Below are positions 1 to 13,367 of a stretch of 64,000 nt of DNA, in pieces. A program made the position numbers and the translations under genes. How positions within the stretch are numbered: the stretch's first letter is position 1; the number at the start of each line of letters is the position of its first letter. This DNA is from Octopus vulgaris. Its lineage: Eukaryota. Below the pieces are notes generated by a model. It was not told where the DNA came from, did not search any database, and was given only the letters and a program-made list of their open reading frames with translations. The DNA is taken from the NCBI GenBank assembly GCA_951406725.2, contig OX597825.1, positions 66,402,001 to 66,466,000 of the forward strand. Direction: 5' to 3'.

Positions 1-758
1 TGATGTGTTTATGTCCCCGTCACTTAGCGGTTCGGCAAAAGAGACCGATAGAATAAGTACTGGGCTTACAAAGAATAAGTCCCGGGGTCGAATTGCTCGA
101 TTAAAGGCGGTGCTCCAGCATGGCCGCAGTCAAATGACTGAAACAAGTAAAAGAGTAAAAGAGTAAGAGTAATCATTCTGTTTACTATGACTTACATTGT
201 CTTTAGCTAAATGCGTGTGTGACACGATTTTTGTTCTTGGGTAGCAATTGTTATTTCCTATTTGCTTATTCATAGAAAGTATGAAATATGGTTACTAATT
301 CTTTCAAACTTTGCTTTTGTAACGTTTATTCAAATCCCAAAGAATTCCTCTCAACTCATGGATATGATGATTCTCCCACTACTCCTGCTCATCCTCAGGG
401 ATACATATATTGTCAGCCACTAAGGGACATGCTCAAGAGGTTAACATTTGTTATAACGATGTTTCCGAATCTGTCTGAAATGTAACGAAAAATAGGTCAG
501 TTTCAAAACATTGATGTCCAGGTGACAAAGGCAAAGTATGAAGGGAATAGTAGTCATTTCCTTTGATTTCCAGATAGAAGCAAATAGGAAATAACACTTA
601 CAGACCAAAGACAAAAGGAAAAAAAAAGGAAAAATGTTACAATCTTATTAAGACAGATGGCTGTGAAGAAAATGACGGTTTATAACAAGGAATTTAATGG
701 CATTAGTGATAATAGGGCAACGACAATATATTGGATAATTGAATTTAAATATTTTTAC

Positions 759-989
759 CTGTTGAAAAAATCCCACAAAAACTTTTAAGCCTGTGAATAT
801 TTGAAAATTCGGTGAAAACCTCACACCAAAAGACGCTGCTCCTAGTAACAACTGGCAAATTATTATCACAGGTTTACGTCCATATCTGTCTGCAAAGGTT
901 GGCACTAGCATCGCTCCAAGAGTCATTCCAATGGTTTGCATCGTTTGAGTAAATGGTCCCAATGCCGACTTCTCACAAACCAGGTCCCA
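759..989 (-). CDS. SLC22-family transporter, third coding exon (WDLVC, TM2-TM4); gene continues beyond the left edge
   Basis: Acceptor TCTCCTTGCAG|, donor CAG|GTAAAA; 77 codons WDLVCEKSALGPFTQTMQTIGMTLGAMLVPTFADRYGRKPVIIICQLLL...FFQQ with the SLC22 WDLVC signature and MFS motif A (ADRYGRK); phase agrees with the upstream exon. Confidence 0.93.
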
Positions 990-1034
990 CTGCAAGGAGA
1001 AAAAAAAATGTATTTTTTTTTATTTCAGAAATTA

Positions 1035-1123
<89 letters not shown>

Positions 1124-2229
1124 AACACACACACATACACACACACACACGGAATGATGGAACTCGAACCCACATCCCCTGTAATTACGATTTAGATATG
1201 ATGATGATGATGAGGCTAAAATGCCTACTTGAGATTTCTACGCAAGTTTTTTTCCAGACGAGCATAGTGACTTCATGTAAGCGCGCGCGCACGTGCTGAA
1301 AATTAATAAGATCAATTGTTTGTTTTTTCCTCTCTACTGATGGTCTTTCATCTGCTAGTATAGATTCTGTACAGATTTTTTTTATAACACACTAACATGA
1401 GATATTATTTACATTATATAATCGCCTTTGTTAAACACAAAAACACGTATATTCACAATAATAAAAAAACATTTATGTAAACTTCCAACTAAGTGATATT
1501 GTATAATAAAATAAGACTGCTGTTTTTCGTAGTGACAGTTTTAACGTTATTATACGTTTAAATTCTGTTTTTTTTTTTGTAATAATTATTCTGTTCTTCT
1601 GTAATACTTATTAGATGCAACAATAATAATTGGTTATATTTAATATTCCCTTTTATTTCCTATACATAAGCAAAAATATATCTCATTTGATCTGGTTGGA
1701 AGAATAGTGCAATCATAATTATATAATACATAGCACAAAATTTGTAGGAGAAATATTTGGCAGAGTTCCAAACACCCAGGAATCGGTTGCTATGTTCAAA
1801 CGACCAAGACTTTGTTAGAAATTGACGATATCAGCTGACAACTGACCAATCCCATCTCTGGCAGAAATCACTGTATCAATATGAAAGTGGTTCGCTCAAT
1901 TATTGATGACGTCGACAAAGAACTGACCACTCCCATCTCCGTTAAGCCCGGATGTCTTTAACAATTTGTATTTCACGCCCTTTTCCGTGATATAAGCATT
2001 GTCTATATATAGAACTGTCTCTGTTAGCCACTAGTAGTAAGTAGCTCAGGCTTTAAGCAGGTCGGTGTGATCGTAGCAGTCAATACCAGTGCGCCTAGCT
2101 GCTAGAATTACACGATGACAGCTACTATCATCACTGATCTAAAAATACTTCACAAAGTGTTAAAATTCCATTGCAAGAAATATTTAAACTTATTTTGCAG
2201 CACCAATCAAGACAGTTTGCATAAATGTG

Positions 2230-2541
2230 GGCGATCCTTCGGTTTAACTCGACAAAACGATTACAAGACCTCGCTTGTTTCCGTGACAACTCGACAATTC
2301 ACTTCGGATATCTTCGTGACCTCCGTGACAGCTACTAAAATGGGAGGAGGAGGAGAAAGCTAATGGGTTGTATGAGCGTGCTTGCTCTTCCATTAGTTTT
2401 CTTCTCCTCCTCCTCCCATTTTAGCCGCTGTCACAGAAGCTGTCACGGAGGTCACGAAGATATCCGAAGTGAATTGTCGAGTTGTCACGGAAACAAGGGA
2501 GGTTTTGTTATCGTGTTGTCGAGTTAAACCGTAGGATCGCC
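2230..2541. mobile_element. Fold-back MITE with GG..CC termini and 8-bp TSD (Merlin-like)
   Basis: ~130-bp inverted arms starting GGCGATCC.TCGGTTTAACTCGAC; perfect TSD TAAATGTG (2222-2229 and 2542-2549). Confidence 0.85.
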
Positions 2542-2559
2542 TAAATGTGCTTTTGTGAA

Positions 2560-3460
2560 TATACATAGGACGAACGGAATGATGCTATCAAGTCGAAGTG
2601 AAGGCAATAAAGCTAAAAGGGGAGTAGTAAAGAGATTATGTTGTTATAAAGATTTGAAGTGTGAATGTAACACAGCCATATTGCAGAACATTAAGGTTTG
2701 CAACGTCCACGGTAAAATACGTGAAAAACAAGACTAAAGTTAGGTCAAGTATTCAGGAGAGTACTCTGTTAAATGTATCGACGTTCTGTTTTAGATCTGA
2801 TGGGATGTTTAATATGAAATGACTCCTGAAGAGAGAGGAGAAGAATAGGAAAGGGTGGGCTCTCTTGTTCTTCATCCATTCTGGTTTTCTCTCCCACTTT
2901 TCCCTATTCTTCTCCTCTCCCCTTCACCGTTCCCTCTCTCTCACTCCTCCTCACCGACTCTCTCATCGCTGACACGTGATCAGAGGGAAGCCATCTTTCC
3001 GACTACTACCTTCCTGTCTCTTCATAAGCTCATCTCCTTAAACGTTCAGAATAATTTTTCCATCCTCTTGGCTTAACAACCCTCATCGTTTGTTTTTACT
3101 GTTTTGTTCTCTTTGTTCTGTCTTTTACTGTTTTTACTTTTTTATTGTTTTTACTGTTTTGTTCTCACTGTCCTGCTCTTGTTACCACTTTCACCCTCCG
3201 CAAAAAAATCCCAAATTTTATTTAATTTGTTTTGCGGGAAGGACTGTTTCAACAAAGTCGCATCTTGGCCTTGCCTTCGAAAAGGCGGAGTAGATGAAAT
3301 AGGGACAACTGAAGAAGGAGAATATTCTTTATGTTGTATGTCTCGTTTCTCTGTTTTTTCGTTATTTGAAAAAAAGTTAGTTTCTATGTTTTTGTTTTAT
3401 GTTTTCGTTTCTCATCGTATTCAACGTTTTTTGATGACCTGTACCCATATAAGCTTGTAT
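2560..3460 (+). mobile_element. Probable Penelope-like element 3' fragment
   Basis: Degenerate KIRE...RSDG (GIY-YIG end-like) followed by pyrimidine-rich spacer and T-rich tail, the same layout as 61036-61995. Confidence 0.35.
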
Positions 3461-3569
3461 ATATACATATATATGTAGGTATGTACATATATGTATGAAT
3501 ATATGCATATATTTATATATTATTTATATTATTATATGATCGAACGCCACACATCCTTTTCCAAGTATG

Positions 3570-3770
3570 TGACCTCGTGTGTACCGTTGGCGATTCTTTT
3601 CCCTCTGTCTTCCCTTCTCTGGATCTCTCCTTCTCCTATGTTTCCGACGAAGAGCTCCGCTCGAAACGTTAAACCCTCCTTCTTTCCGTCTTTCCTGAGC
3701 GTCCCAAAATTAATATATTTGTTACACGTCCTCGCGTTGTTGTGTTTTTTGTGCTTTCTTGTTTGAATTA
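3570..3770 (+). mobile_element. Penelope-type pseudo-LTR repeat with minimal hammerhead-like motif (3640-3674); other copies at 20395-20550 (+) and 21300-21500 (-)
   Basis: GTTT-CCGACGA-A-GAGC-TCC-GCTC-GAAAC-GTT-AAAC; three near-identical copies in the window. Confidence 0.65.
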
Positions 3771-3772
3771 AC

Positions 3773-3805
<33 letters not shown>

Positions 3806-3807
3806 GT

Positions 3808-3887
<80 letters not shown>

Positions 3888-3932
3888 GTATATATATATG
3901 TATATGTATATATATATGTATATACACACACA

Positions 3933-3998
<66 letters not shown>

Positions 3999-4779
3999 CA
4001 CGCAACAGGTGTATAGGCTAGTAGTTTCTACATCAATATGCATGATGATTTTCTGTGCAAGATATTCAAAATGCAAAATTATATAGTTATACATGTTTTG
4101 TAATTTTAATTTTGTTTTGATAGCGAAACCGACTTTCTCATCAACGTCTGGTACATTCTCTCTTAAACGGAAAATATTCATGCTTCAGGTCTTGATCTGA
4201 TTGCCAAAAAAGTTGTTCGTCTCTTTTATGATCGTTATAAGCTGAAGCAAATTTCGGTTTCATATCTTACAATATAATCAATCACGTAAATAAACTAATT
4301 AAAATTTTTCCACCTACCGCAGCCCATGACAAGCAGCAACAACAAAAGCCGCAATAACAGCAACAACAACAACAACAATTAAAATTCCCATCGCAGCAGC
4401 AGCAGCAGTCACCGTCAGGACTACAGCTACAGGAACTCCTCTGCCTACATACCTATTTCTTTACTACCCACAAGGAGCTATACACAGAGGGGACAAACAA
4501 GGACAGACAAACGGATTAAGTCGATTATATCGACCCCAGTGCGTAACTGGTACTTACTTAATCGACCCCGAAAGGATGAAAGGCAAAGTCGACCTCGGCG
4601 GAATTTGAGCTCAGAACGTAGCGGCAGACAAAATGCCTATTTCTTTACTGCCCACAAGGGGCTAACCATAGAGGGGACAAACAAGGACAGACAAACGGAT
4701 TAAGCCGATTGCATCGACCCCAGTGCGTAACTGGTACTTACTTAATCGACCCCGAAAGGATGAAAGGCAAAGTCGACCT

Positions 4780-7700
4780 CCACCTCCAGGCATTCATCAC
4801 CAACACCAGCAACATCATCACTACTACTATCGACTACTAATACTTCGTCTAGTACTGCTACCATTACGATCAGTGACCAACCACTCCCTCCTCCTTCTCC
4901 CACCACATTTGCCCCAACCTCAACACTACCAAACTCAAATAGCACCATTATCACTACTACCTCTGTGAGTGACCAACTACCACATCTCCCTCCACCACCA
5001 CTGCCCCAATGTCAACTCTGACAAACTTAACTAAATCCAAAACTATTTACAAACCACTGTCTCAGGGAACACGTCCAACCCGAACCCCCAACATATGTTG
5101 CCACTCTTTACGTGAGATATTATGCAGAAGTCTTAACTGCAGCTTCACACATTTGCCTGGGACCAGACACTCTATAAATAGAAACATTTTCAACCATATC
5201 ACCCCTACTGCAATAGCACCATCAATTGAAATCTATTCGTAACCCCAAAATCTGTCGCAACCCCCAACATAGAAGACTATGTCTTCAGCAAGACTTTATG
5301 TTCACGCATTTTCTTGGAACTCGGCGTACGTTCAAAATCAATGCACCCAGTCAACAACAAATTCTAGTACTGGCATCTACTTTTCCCACAACCCAAATAC
5401 CAAAATTGGCCAGAATGAACATATACATAAACAAAGCGTAAAGTCCCGGACTTTCCCAAGTGTTAAAAAAAAAAAAATAAGATAAACAGGAGAACTCTCG
5501 GTATAAAGAAAAATAACACAAAGGCGGCGAACTGGTAGAATCGTTAGCACGCCGGGCGAAATGCGTAGCCGTATTTCGTCTGCCATTATGTTCTGAGTTC
5601 AAATTCCGCCGAGGTCGCCTTTGCCTTTCATCCTTTCGGGGTCGATAAATTAAGTACAAGTTACGCACTGGGGTCGATGTAATCGACTTAATCCCTTTGT
5701 CTGTCCCCTCTATGTTTAGCCCCTTGTGGGCAGTAAAGAAATAGGCATTTTGTCTGTCGTTACGTTCTGAGCTCAAATTCCGCCGAGGTCGACTTTGCTT
5801 TTCATCCTTTCGGGGTCGATAAATTAAGTACCAGTTACGCACTGGGGTCGATGCAATCGGCTTAATCCGTTTGTTTGTCCTTGTTTGTCCTTTCTCTGTT
5901 TAGCCCCTTGTGGGCAATAAAGAAATAAGAAACAAAGTTAGCACAAACAACCGAGCAAACTGTCAGTGTAACCACAACTCCAGTCACCAAATACTTCTTA
6001 ACCAGATGAATTCTTCTTTTTTATCCATATGGAACCCGACACAAGAGATCCGGAAAAGTGTCTTGGCTACCACCCAGCACCAACCTCTGTCACTACCCTA
6101 GAGAAGAAACTATTCTCTTCGCTGCCCTTAAGCCATAAGGCTTTTTCGACGCCCCTTCGTAAGTGCAATCAAGCCACTACTCCTGTGTCAACATTTCTAC
6201 TGAATGCTCAAAGCATTAATCCTTACTGCAAGGCAAAACGATGTAAAATTAAATTCATTGAAGATTGGGTTCCCGATCGCCCACAGCACATTCCCTTCTT
6301 TGTCCTTACTGAGACTCACTTTGATAACTCCCACCTGGATGCTAAAGTGAAAGTAAAACATTTTACCACTAATTCGGGCGGACCGTATCGGCAGAAGAAT
6401 GGAGGTAGTTGTCATTTTTCTGCACGATTCATTTACTGCAGATACGAGTATCTTATTCTCCAATGGTTATTGTGAATTCGTATCCGTACATAATAAAACA
6501 AAAGACTTAGTGATAATTGGGCTTTACTACAGGCCACTACAAGCGTCACTACTGTGCTTCGACTAATACCCCAAGAAAGCCAGGTTATTTTTTATCAACC
6601 AGTGCAGAACCGGTAGCGTTTTAATAATGGGTAATTTTAATCTCCCTTTGAATTGACTGGACTACACATACAGTGAAAACAGGTGTGTGCATTTCAACCC
6701 CAGAGAAAGCAGCAGTGGAATCACTGTTCAAATTCATGGACGAATTCTTCGTGTCTCTACTCGTGCTCGTGTCAACGAGACTCAATAAAAACACCATGGA
6801 CTTAGTGTTAAGTAACCATACAAACACTATCCATTATATAGCAGTGGAGAAAACTCTTCTATCAGACCACAATATAGTTCTTTGTAGCCTGAGGTTTCGG
6901 CAGCCTAGAGAAAAACCTGACCATCACACACCAGCGAACCCTTTTGATCTCTCGGATCTCCACAAGGCTGACTGGAAGGAAATAGCCCACTATCTTTCGT
7001 TCGTTGATTGGTCTTTCAATGTTTCTCTCTCCCCAACTAGCATTGCCGCATCATGACAGTTATTTGTGGATATTGTCACAAACGTATGTTCACACTACAC
7101 TCCACTATGGTCCATGGACAAAACAAAATGCAGGCTGCGTAAAAATATAAAAGTCACTCATAAGAAAAATAAAAAGAATAGATAAAAAAAAATCAACCGG
7201 CTAAAATATTGCCAGCTGAATCACTCCCATATGTCAGACGTAGCTCTACTGGAATCCAAAACTGCTTGAAGTCTGTCATTATGAATGAAAGAATAACTGA
7301 GGAGAAATGGGCCATCGAGAAAATCCAATTCAATCCCAAAGTTTTCTCATTTGCCAAAAAACATCTGTCGGACTTCTGATTGCCGAAGAGAATCGCATCT
7401 CTCGGACCTCTGATTGCGAAGAAAACACTCTCCATAGTACTGTAGACGATATGGTTGAGATTCTGCAGAAACAATACTGCTCTGCCTTCTGCAATCCCAG
7501 TATTGTGGACCTGGCCAAAATATATGACAAAAACCCACAGCACGCCATTTCTGACATCAATTGACGCCTTGGACACCATAGCAGCTATTAGGGAAATAAA
7601 GGTCAACGCAGCTGCAGGCGCCGATAGGCTCCTCGCTAGAGTCCTGAAGGAGTACCGACTCCAGTTAGCTCTTCCCTTAGCTACTTTCTGGCGAAAATCA

Positions 7701-8789
7701 ATGGATGCGGGCTATATCCCTGAAAATTTCCTTTCCCAGGCAATTACCCCAGTTTTCAAGAAAGGTAAAAAGTTACTCACCATGAACTACCGGCCGGTCT
7801 CGCTTACCTCTCATATCATTAAATTATTTGAGAGAGTGGTGAGATCTCGAGTAACTCTCTTTTAGGAATCTAACAGCCTGATTATTCCCAACCGACATGG
7901 CTTCCGGAATGGAAGGGACTGCTTAACACAGTTCCTACATCATTTCAATGACATCTGAAAGGCCATGGAAGAGGACTCCATTGCAGATATCATACACCTT
8001 GACTTCAGGAAAGCCCTTGACAGGGTTGATCACTGCATCCTGTTAAAGAAACTGTCCAACATTGGAGTCTGAGGAAAACTGTTAACTTGAATTAAATGTT
8101 TTCTGATGAACAGAACTCAACATGTGGTGACTGATGGTGTCTGATCGACCTCAGCCAGGGTTATAAGTGGAGCCCCACAAGGCACGGTATTAGGCTCACT
8201 CCTTTTCATAAATTATATTAACATCACTGACGTCATCAAACCCAGTAGCATGCATATTTTCGCGGATGGCTCTAAGTTACTGAAGGTTATTGACAGGGTT
8301 GACGACTAGGCAAATCTTCAATCTGACCTGTTAGCTGTTATCCAATGGGCGGAGAAACATTTCAGTTAAACGAAAAAAGATTCAAGATTAATCCACTTCG
8401 GTAAAGAGACTGCATTCCAACAACCATTCACTCTTCCCTCGGGCGAAACCCTCGTGGCATCCAGCACTGCTAGAGACCTGGATGTTACTGTTGAAAAAAC
8501 GAAATAAGCTGGAACGCTCACATAAACAGCAAAGTTTACATGGCTAGCGGGGTGTGCTCCTGAATCCTCGGGGCTTTCCGGTTTTTTACTCTTTTACGTG
8601 TTTCAGTTATTTGACTGCGGCCATGCTGGAGCACCGCCTTTAGTCGAGCAAATCGACCCCGGCACTTATTCTTTGTAAGCCCAGTACTTATTCTATCGGT
8701 CTCTTTTGCCGAACCGCTAAGTGACGGGGACGTAAACACACCAGCAACGGTTGTCAAGCAATGCTAGGGGGACAAACACAGACACACAA

Positions 8790-8822
<33 letters not shown>

Positions 8823-9280
8823 CATATATACGACAGGCTTCTTTCAGTTTCCGTCTACCAAATCCACTCACACAAGGCATTGGTCGGCCCGGGGCTATAG
8901 CAGGAGACACTTACCCAAGATGCCACGCAGTGGACTGAACCCAGAACCATGTAGTTGGTTAGCAAGCTACTTACCACACAGCCACTACTTTTCCTCGCCT
9001 TCACCTTGAATACAGTTGTCAGCTGTGATTCTCACACATGATACAGAATATTAGGAAAATTGAAGCCACCCAAAGATCAATCACAAAATAATAGATGACA
9101 TGACAAGCCTCTACTATTGGGATCGACTCAAAAAGCTCAGGCCTTACTCCCTCCAACGCCGCCGCGAGCGCTACATCATCTGTATGATGTGGAAAATATT
9201 CCATCAACATTGCCCAGATGATATAGGTTTTAACTTTAAAATTCATCCGAGGCTTGGCCCCCGTGCCTACAGACATATTT
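4780..9280 (+). mobile_element. Decayed CR1/L2-clade LINE (ORF1 Cys/His remnant, APE endonuclease, reverse transcriptase) in the SLC22 intron, interrupted by SINEs
   Basis: Fragments LLNAQSI, FFVLTETH, MGNFN, DLVLSN, LSDHNIV (endonuclease); ITPVFKKG, NYRPVSLTSHIIKLFERVV, YLDFRKA, SGAPQGTVLGSLLF, FADGSK (RT); YWDRLKKLRPYSLQRRRER (CR1-type C-terminus); many stops and frameshifts. Confidence 0.9.
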
Positions 9281-10294
9281 TGCAAGGGTGGGGAATATTT
9301 CCGAAGAAAAAAAATTCAACGTTCGGGAAGTCACCAATGTAATAATTCATAGTGAAACGGTTCACCAGTGTAATAGGTGCAAAGTTGGTTGTCGCGTGTT
9401 CGACTGTAACAATGTCCCAATATAACATGGAAATAAGAGTATGTAGAAATAGTTGTCAGAAGGTAGGTTTGTTAATGAATCACAGTGATTTATTTGGGAT
9501 TGTTGACAAGTGGCTGTGTGGTAAGTAGCTTGTTTACCAACTACATGGTTCCGGGTTCAGTCCCACTGCGTGGAACCTTGGGCAAGTGTCTTCTACTATA
9601 GCCTCGGGCCGACCAAAGCCCTGTGAGTGGATTTGGTAGACGGAAACTGAAAGAAGCCCATCGTATATATGTATATATATATGTATGCGTGTGTGTGTTT
9701 GTGTGTCTGTGTTTGTCCCCCTAGCATTGCTTGACAACCGATGCTAGTGTGTTTATGTCCTCGTTACTTAGCGGTTCGGCAAAAGAGACCGATAGAATAA
9801 GTACTGGGATTACAAAAGAATAAGTCCCGGGGTCGAGTTGCTCGATTAAAGGCGGTGCTCCAGCATGGCCACAGTCAAATGACTGAAACAAGTAAAAGAG
9901 TAAAAGAGTAAGAGTAAAGTGAACGAATATATTTTGTTATCGCGGATTAGCACTGTTGTGCTTTGGCAACGGCAGCCAATCAGAGCTGGTTGTGTACTTA
10001 TAAAAGCAGCGGTCATCAGAACAGCAGAGCGCGCCTTTTCGCAGTCAGTCAGCAGAAGAACTCAACGCCACAACTCTCAGCGAAAAGATCTCTACGACCA
10101 TCAGCAAACAGTAGTGCACAACTGTCAGCAGACAAATCTACGGAACAGACAGCAGACAGATCTTGACATTTCACACCCGCCTTCGTACCACCGGCTAGTC
10201 CTTGTCCCTTTTTTTCTTACATCCTTAGCACTGCAAACCTCTAACCTACTTGTGCAAATATAAGGTTTCATAGCTTCTCTCTGACTCCTACTCA
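9281..10294 (+). mobile_element. Possible solo LTR interrupted by a family-A SINE
   Basis: TG..CA ends, CCAAT (9976) plus TATAAAA (9999) promoter layout; no clear TSD. Confidence 0.3.
9510..9917 (+). mobile_element. tRNA-derived SINE family A (GTGGCTGTGTGGTAAG head, internal TA/GT microsatellite, (GTAAAAGA)n tail); other copies 1-170+, 8587-8987-, 13637-14072-, 15735-15900-, 19910-20263-, 20630-20750-, 21570-21765+, 28910-29060-, 47290-47620+, 50005-50180+, 55281-55360-
   Basis: Many dispersed copies; A box TGGCTGTGTGG and B box GGTTCAGTCCC; simple-repeat tail. Confidence 0.9.
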
Positions 10295-10582
10295 TACATT
10301 TACATACATACATACATACATTATTATGGCCGCCCCCTCGTTATCGAGTATGGCCATTGCACGAAGCTTAACTGTCACTGGTGCTGTGATCGAATGTGAC
10401 TTTTTAGCCCTGCTAAGGATCTACAATGTCTTGTACAGAATTGGCAGCTAAAACCTTTACCGGCAATAGCTGGCTGTAGTAGTAACTGGGCTTCATGTAC
10501 CTTTGCATGTCGTTTAAGTCCTGCCGAAATACACTCTCTTCATACATACATACATACATACATACATACATACATACATACA

Positions 10583-10615
<33 letters not shown>

Positions 10616-11235
10616 CTACTATACGCAATTTTAAACTCGCGATTACCAGTGTGTACGTTTGTAAATGTGTGTGTGTGTGTGTGTGTGTGTGACGTCCTAT
10701 AACTGTCTGTCTCTCTACTTTTGTAGGGTATTCCCTGTTGCTGTCATATTTTAAGATTTTAAAATTACGTTAAAATTTTCAAATTTGGTATATTGAAATA
10801 ATTTTCTACGTTAAATCCGATTTTTAAAAATTTGTTTGTTCCAGAAAAAATGCAGAAAATGTTACTGCGGTTTAAAGTTTAATCAACTTTACCTAATCAG
10901 AAAACGGGATTTGGAAGCTGGCATTCTCTGCATGATAGCTATCTATCACAAAATGAAAGCAAAATCATTAGGAGGAAGGATTTTTATTAAACAAACGAAA
11001 GCAAAACATTACGACGACCAAAGTTGTAAGAACTTCTGAAGTTTTAATGAATAAAGCCATGAGAAATGGTCGAACAGACATGTAAATAAATTAAAATGGG
11101 AAAAAATCCTTAACGATCTGTCCTGATCAAAAAGCCTATTTGTCAGGGAAGGCATGGTCAGACATGGAATAAACAAAACTTTTTACAAGACGTTCTATTG
11201 TAAAAATTGTCTGGCAACGACGGGTTATTCAGCTA

Positions 11236-11237
<2 letters not shown>

Positions 11238-11316
<79 letters not shown>

Positions 11317-11415
11317 TATTTATATATATATATATATATATACATATATATATTTATATACACACACACATATATATATATATATATACATATATATATT
11401 TATATACACACACAC

Positions 11416-11455
<40 letters not shown>

Positions 11456-11887
11456 GTACATATATATATACACATATATATATATGTACATATATATATA
11501 CATATATATATACATATAAATACATATATATATACATATATATAAATACACACACACATATATATATATATGCATCCATATATATATACACACATATACA
11601 CATAAATATATATGCATATGTATATATGCATATGTATATATGCATATATATATATATGTGCATATATATATGCATATATATATATATATACATACATATA
11701 TATATACATATATATATATATATGCATATATATATACATATATATATATATACATACATATATATACATATATATATATACATATATATATACATACATA
11801 TATATACATATATATACACACATATATATATACATACATATATATACATATATATACATACATATATATACATATATATATATACAC

Positions 11888-11930
<43 letters not shown>

Positions 11931-12018
11931 CATACATATATATATATATACATACATACATACATATATATATATACATACATACATATATACATATATA
12001 CATACATACATATATATA
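11238..12018. repeat. ~780-bp compound (TA)n/(CA)n/(TACA)n microsatellite
   Basis: Direct inspection; it is the source of the Y/I/H/M ORFs in the track. Confidence 0.97.
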
Positions 12019-12440
12019 TTTGATTTGCTGAGCTTCCATAGTTACTTTCATATTTTTAAAAATGAAATCTAATAAATGAAATCTATTGCTGTCATTTAAT
12101 ATATTTCTATTTCGTGTGTTGTATTTTAATGAGTATTGTAATATCTCTTTGTTGACAACGATACAGTATAATTTTTTTAGTTGACTTTTCTGTTCATTGA
12201 TATATATTATATAACAGATTTATATGAAGTGGGAGTGGCAAATTGATTTTATCAGATAGCTGGCGTATGACCATGTATATATGTGTGTGGTATTTCTCAA
12301 AGTTTATGTTACATGTATTCGCTGTTGGTGGTTATGTATTTTGCTGCGCCGTCATATATAGGCATGAACACACAACCCCGTAATACGCACAAATACACAT
12401 ACATCTTTGAGTACTTACATAAAAATGCATATTTATATAG

Positions 12441-12501
<61 letters not shown>

Positions 12502-12709
12502 CAACTAATAAGGGTGAGAAAATTTTGGATACTAATTTAATAGTACCATCAATTTAACACCAAGTGGCTTAGTGCATAAAAACCAGGAATACGCTAATAG
12601 TTGTGCTAACTTTCATCGGAAACAATTCTTCGTGGCTGAAACCGTAGCGGATCTATTTTTAGTACTAGAGTCGACCACATAGAGGTCACTCTCTTATATT
12701 TACGTATAA

Positions 12710-12769
<60 letters not shown>

Positions 12770-12790
12770 CTAAACACTACATTAAGTTAT

Positions 12791-13367
12791 CCATACGCGT
12801 CAAGTGCTTTACCATTAAGCTAAACTGCCCAGTAATGAATTATTTTGCAATTTTAGAACTTATAAATTTAGCTTCATAAGACGCTAACGTTAAATTCAAC
12901 TTACGATGAAAGTAAACAAACAAAGTTTGTTTTAGAAGCGTTGAGATGTATTGAAAGATACAGAAATAGTTTTTTTTTTCTCAAACGCGTGATAAGGCTA
13001 ATAAAATAGCGTGAACAGGATAAATTATCCATATCACGCGTTTGAGAATAAAAAAAACTTATTTCTGTATCTTTCAATACATCTCAACACTTCTAAAACA
13101 AACTTTGTTTACTTCCATTGTAAGTTGAATTTAACGCTAGCGTCTTATGACGCTAAGTTCTAAAATTGCAGACGAATTCATTAATAGGCAGTTTAGCTTA
13201 ATGGTAAAGCACTTGGCGCGTATTCACAGGGATGTAAGTTCGAGTCTCATGGTTGGCCGGTAACGTATTTTTCTGCAACGTATGGATAATTTATCTTGTT
13301 CACGCTAATTTTTTTAGCATCATCACGCGTTTGAGAATAAAAAGTTTATTTCTGTATCTTTCAACAC
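12791..13367. repeat. ~289-bp repeat unit containing a tRNA-like sequence, in tandem and inverted arrangement
   Basis: TCACGCGTTTGAGAATAAAA recurs at 13034 and 13323; 12793-13032 is a reverse-complement copy; A box TAGCTTAATGGTAAAGC and B box GTTCGAGTC at 13187-13258. Confidence 0.75.

Noticed and set aside
11154-12072. Long Y/I/H/M/C/V-rich ORFs (also 936-1195, 3722-4181, 58162-58533, 60743-61104, 61765-63031)
   Set aside because: They are translations of (TA)n/(CA)n microsatellites, which lack stop codons in most frames.
13187-13258. tRNA gene candidates here and in SINE heads (e.g. 26795, 47204, 55083)
   Set aside because: A and B boxes are present but the cloverleaf is incomplete and they lie inside repeats; not functional tRNA genes.
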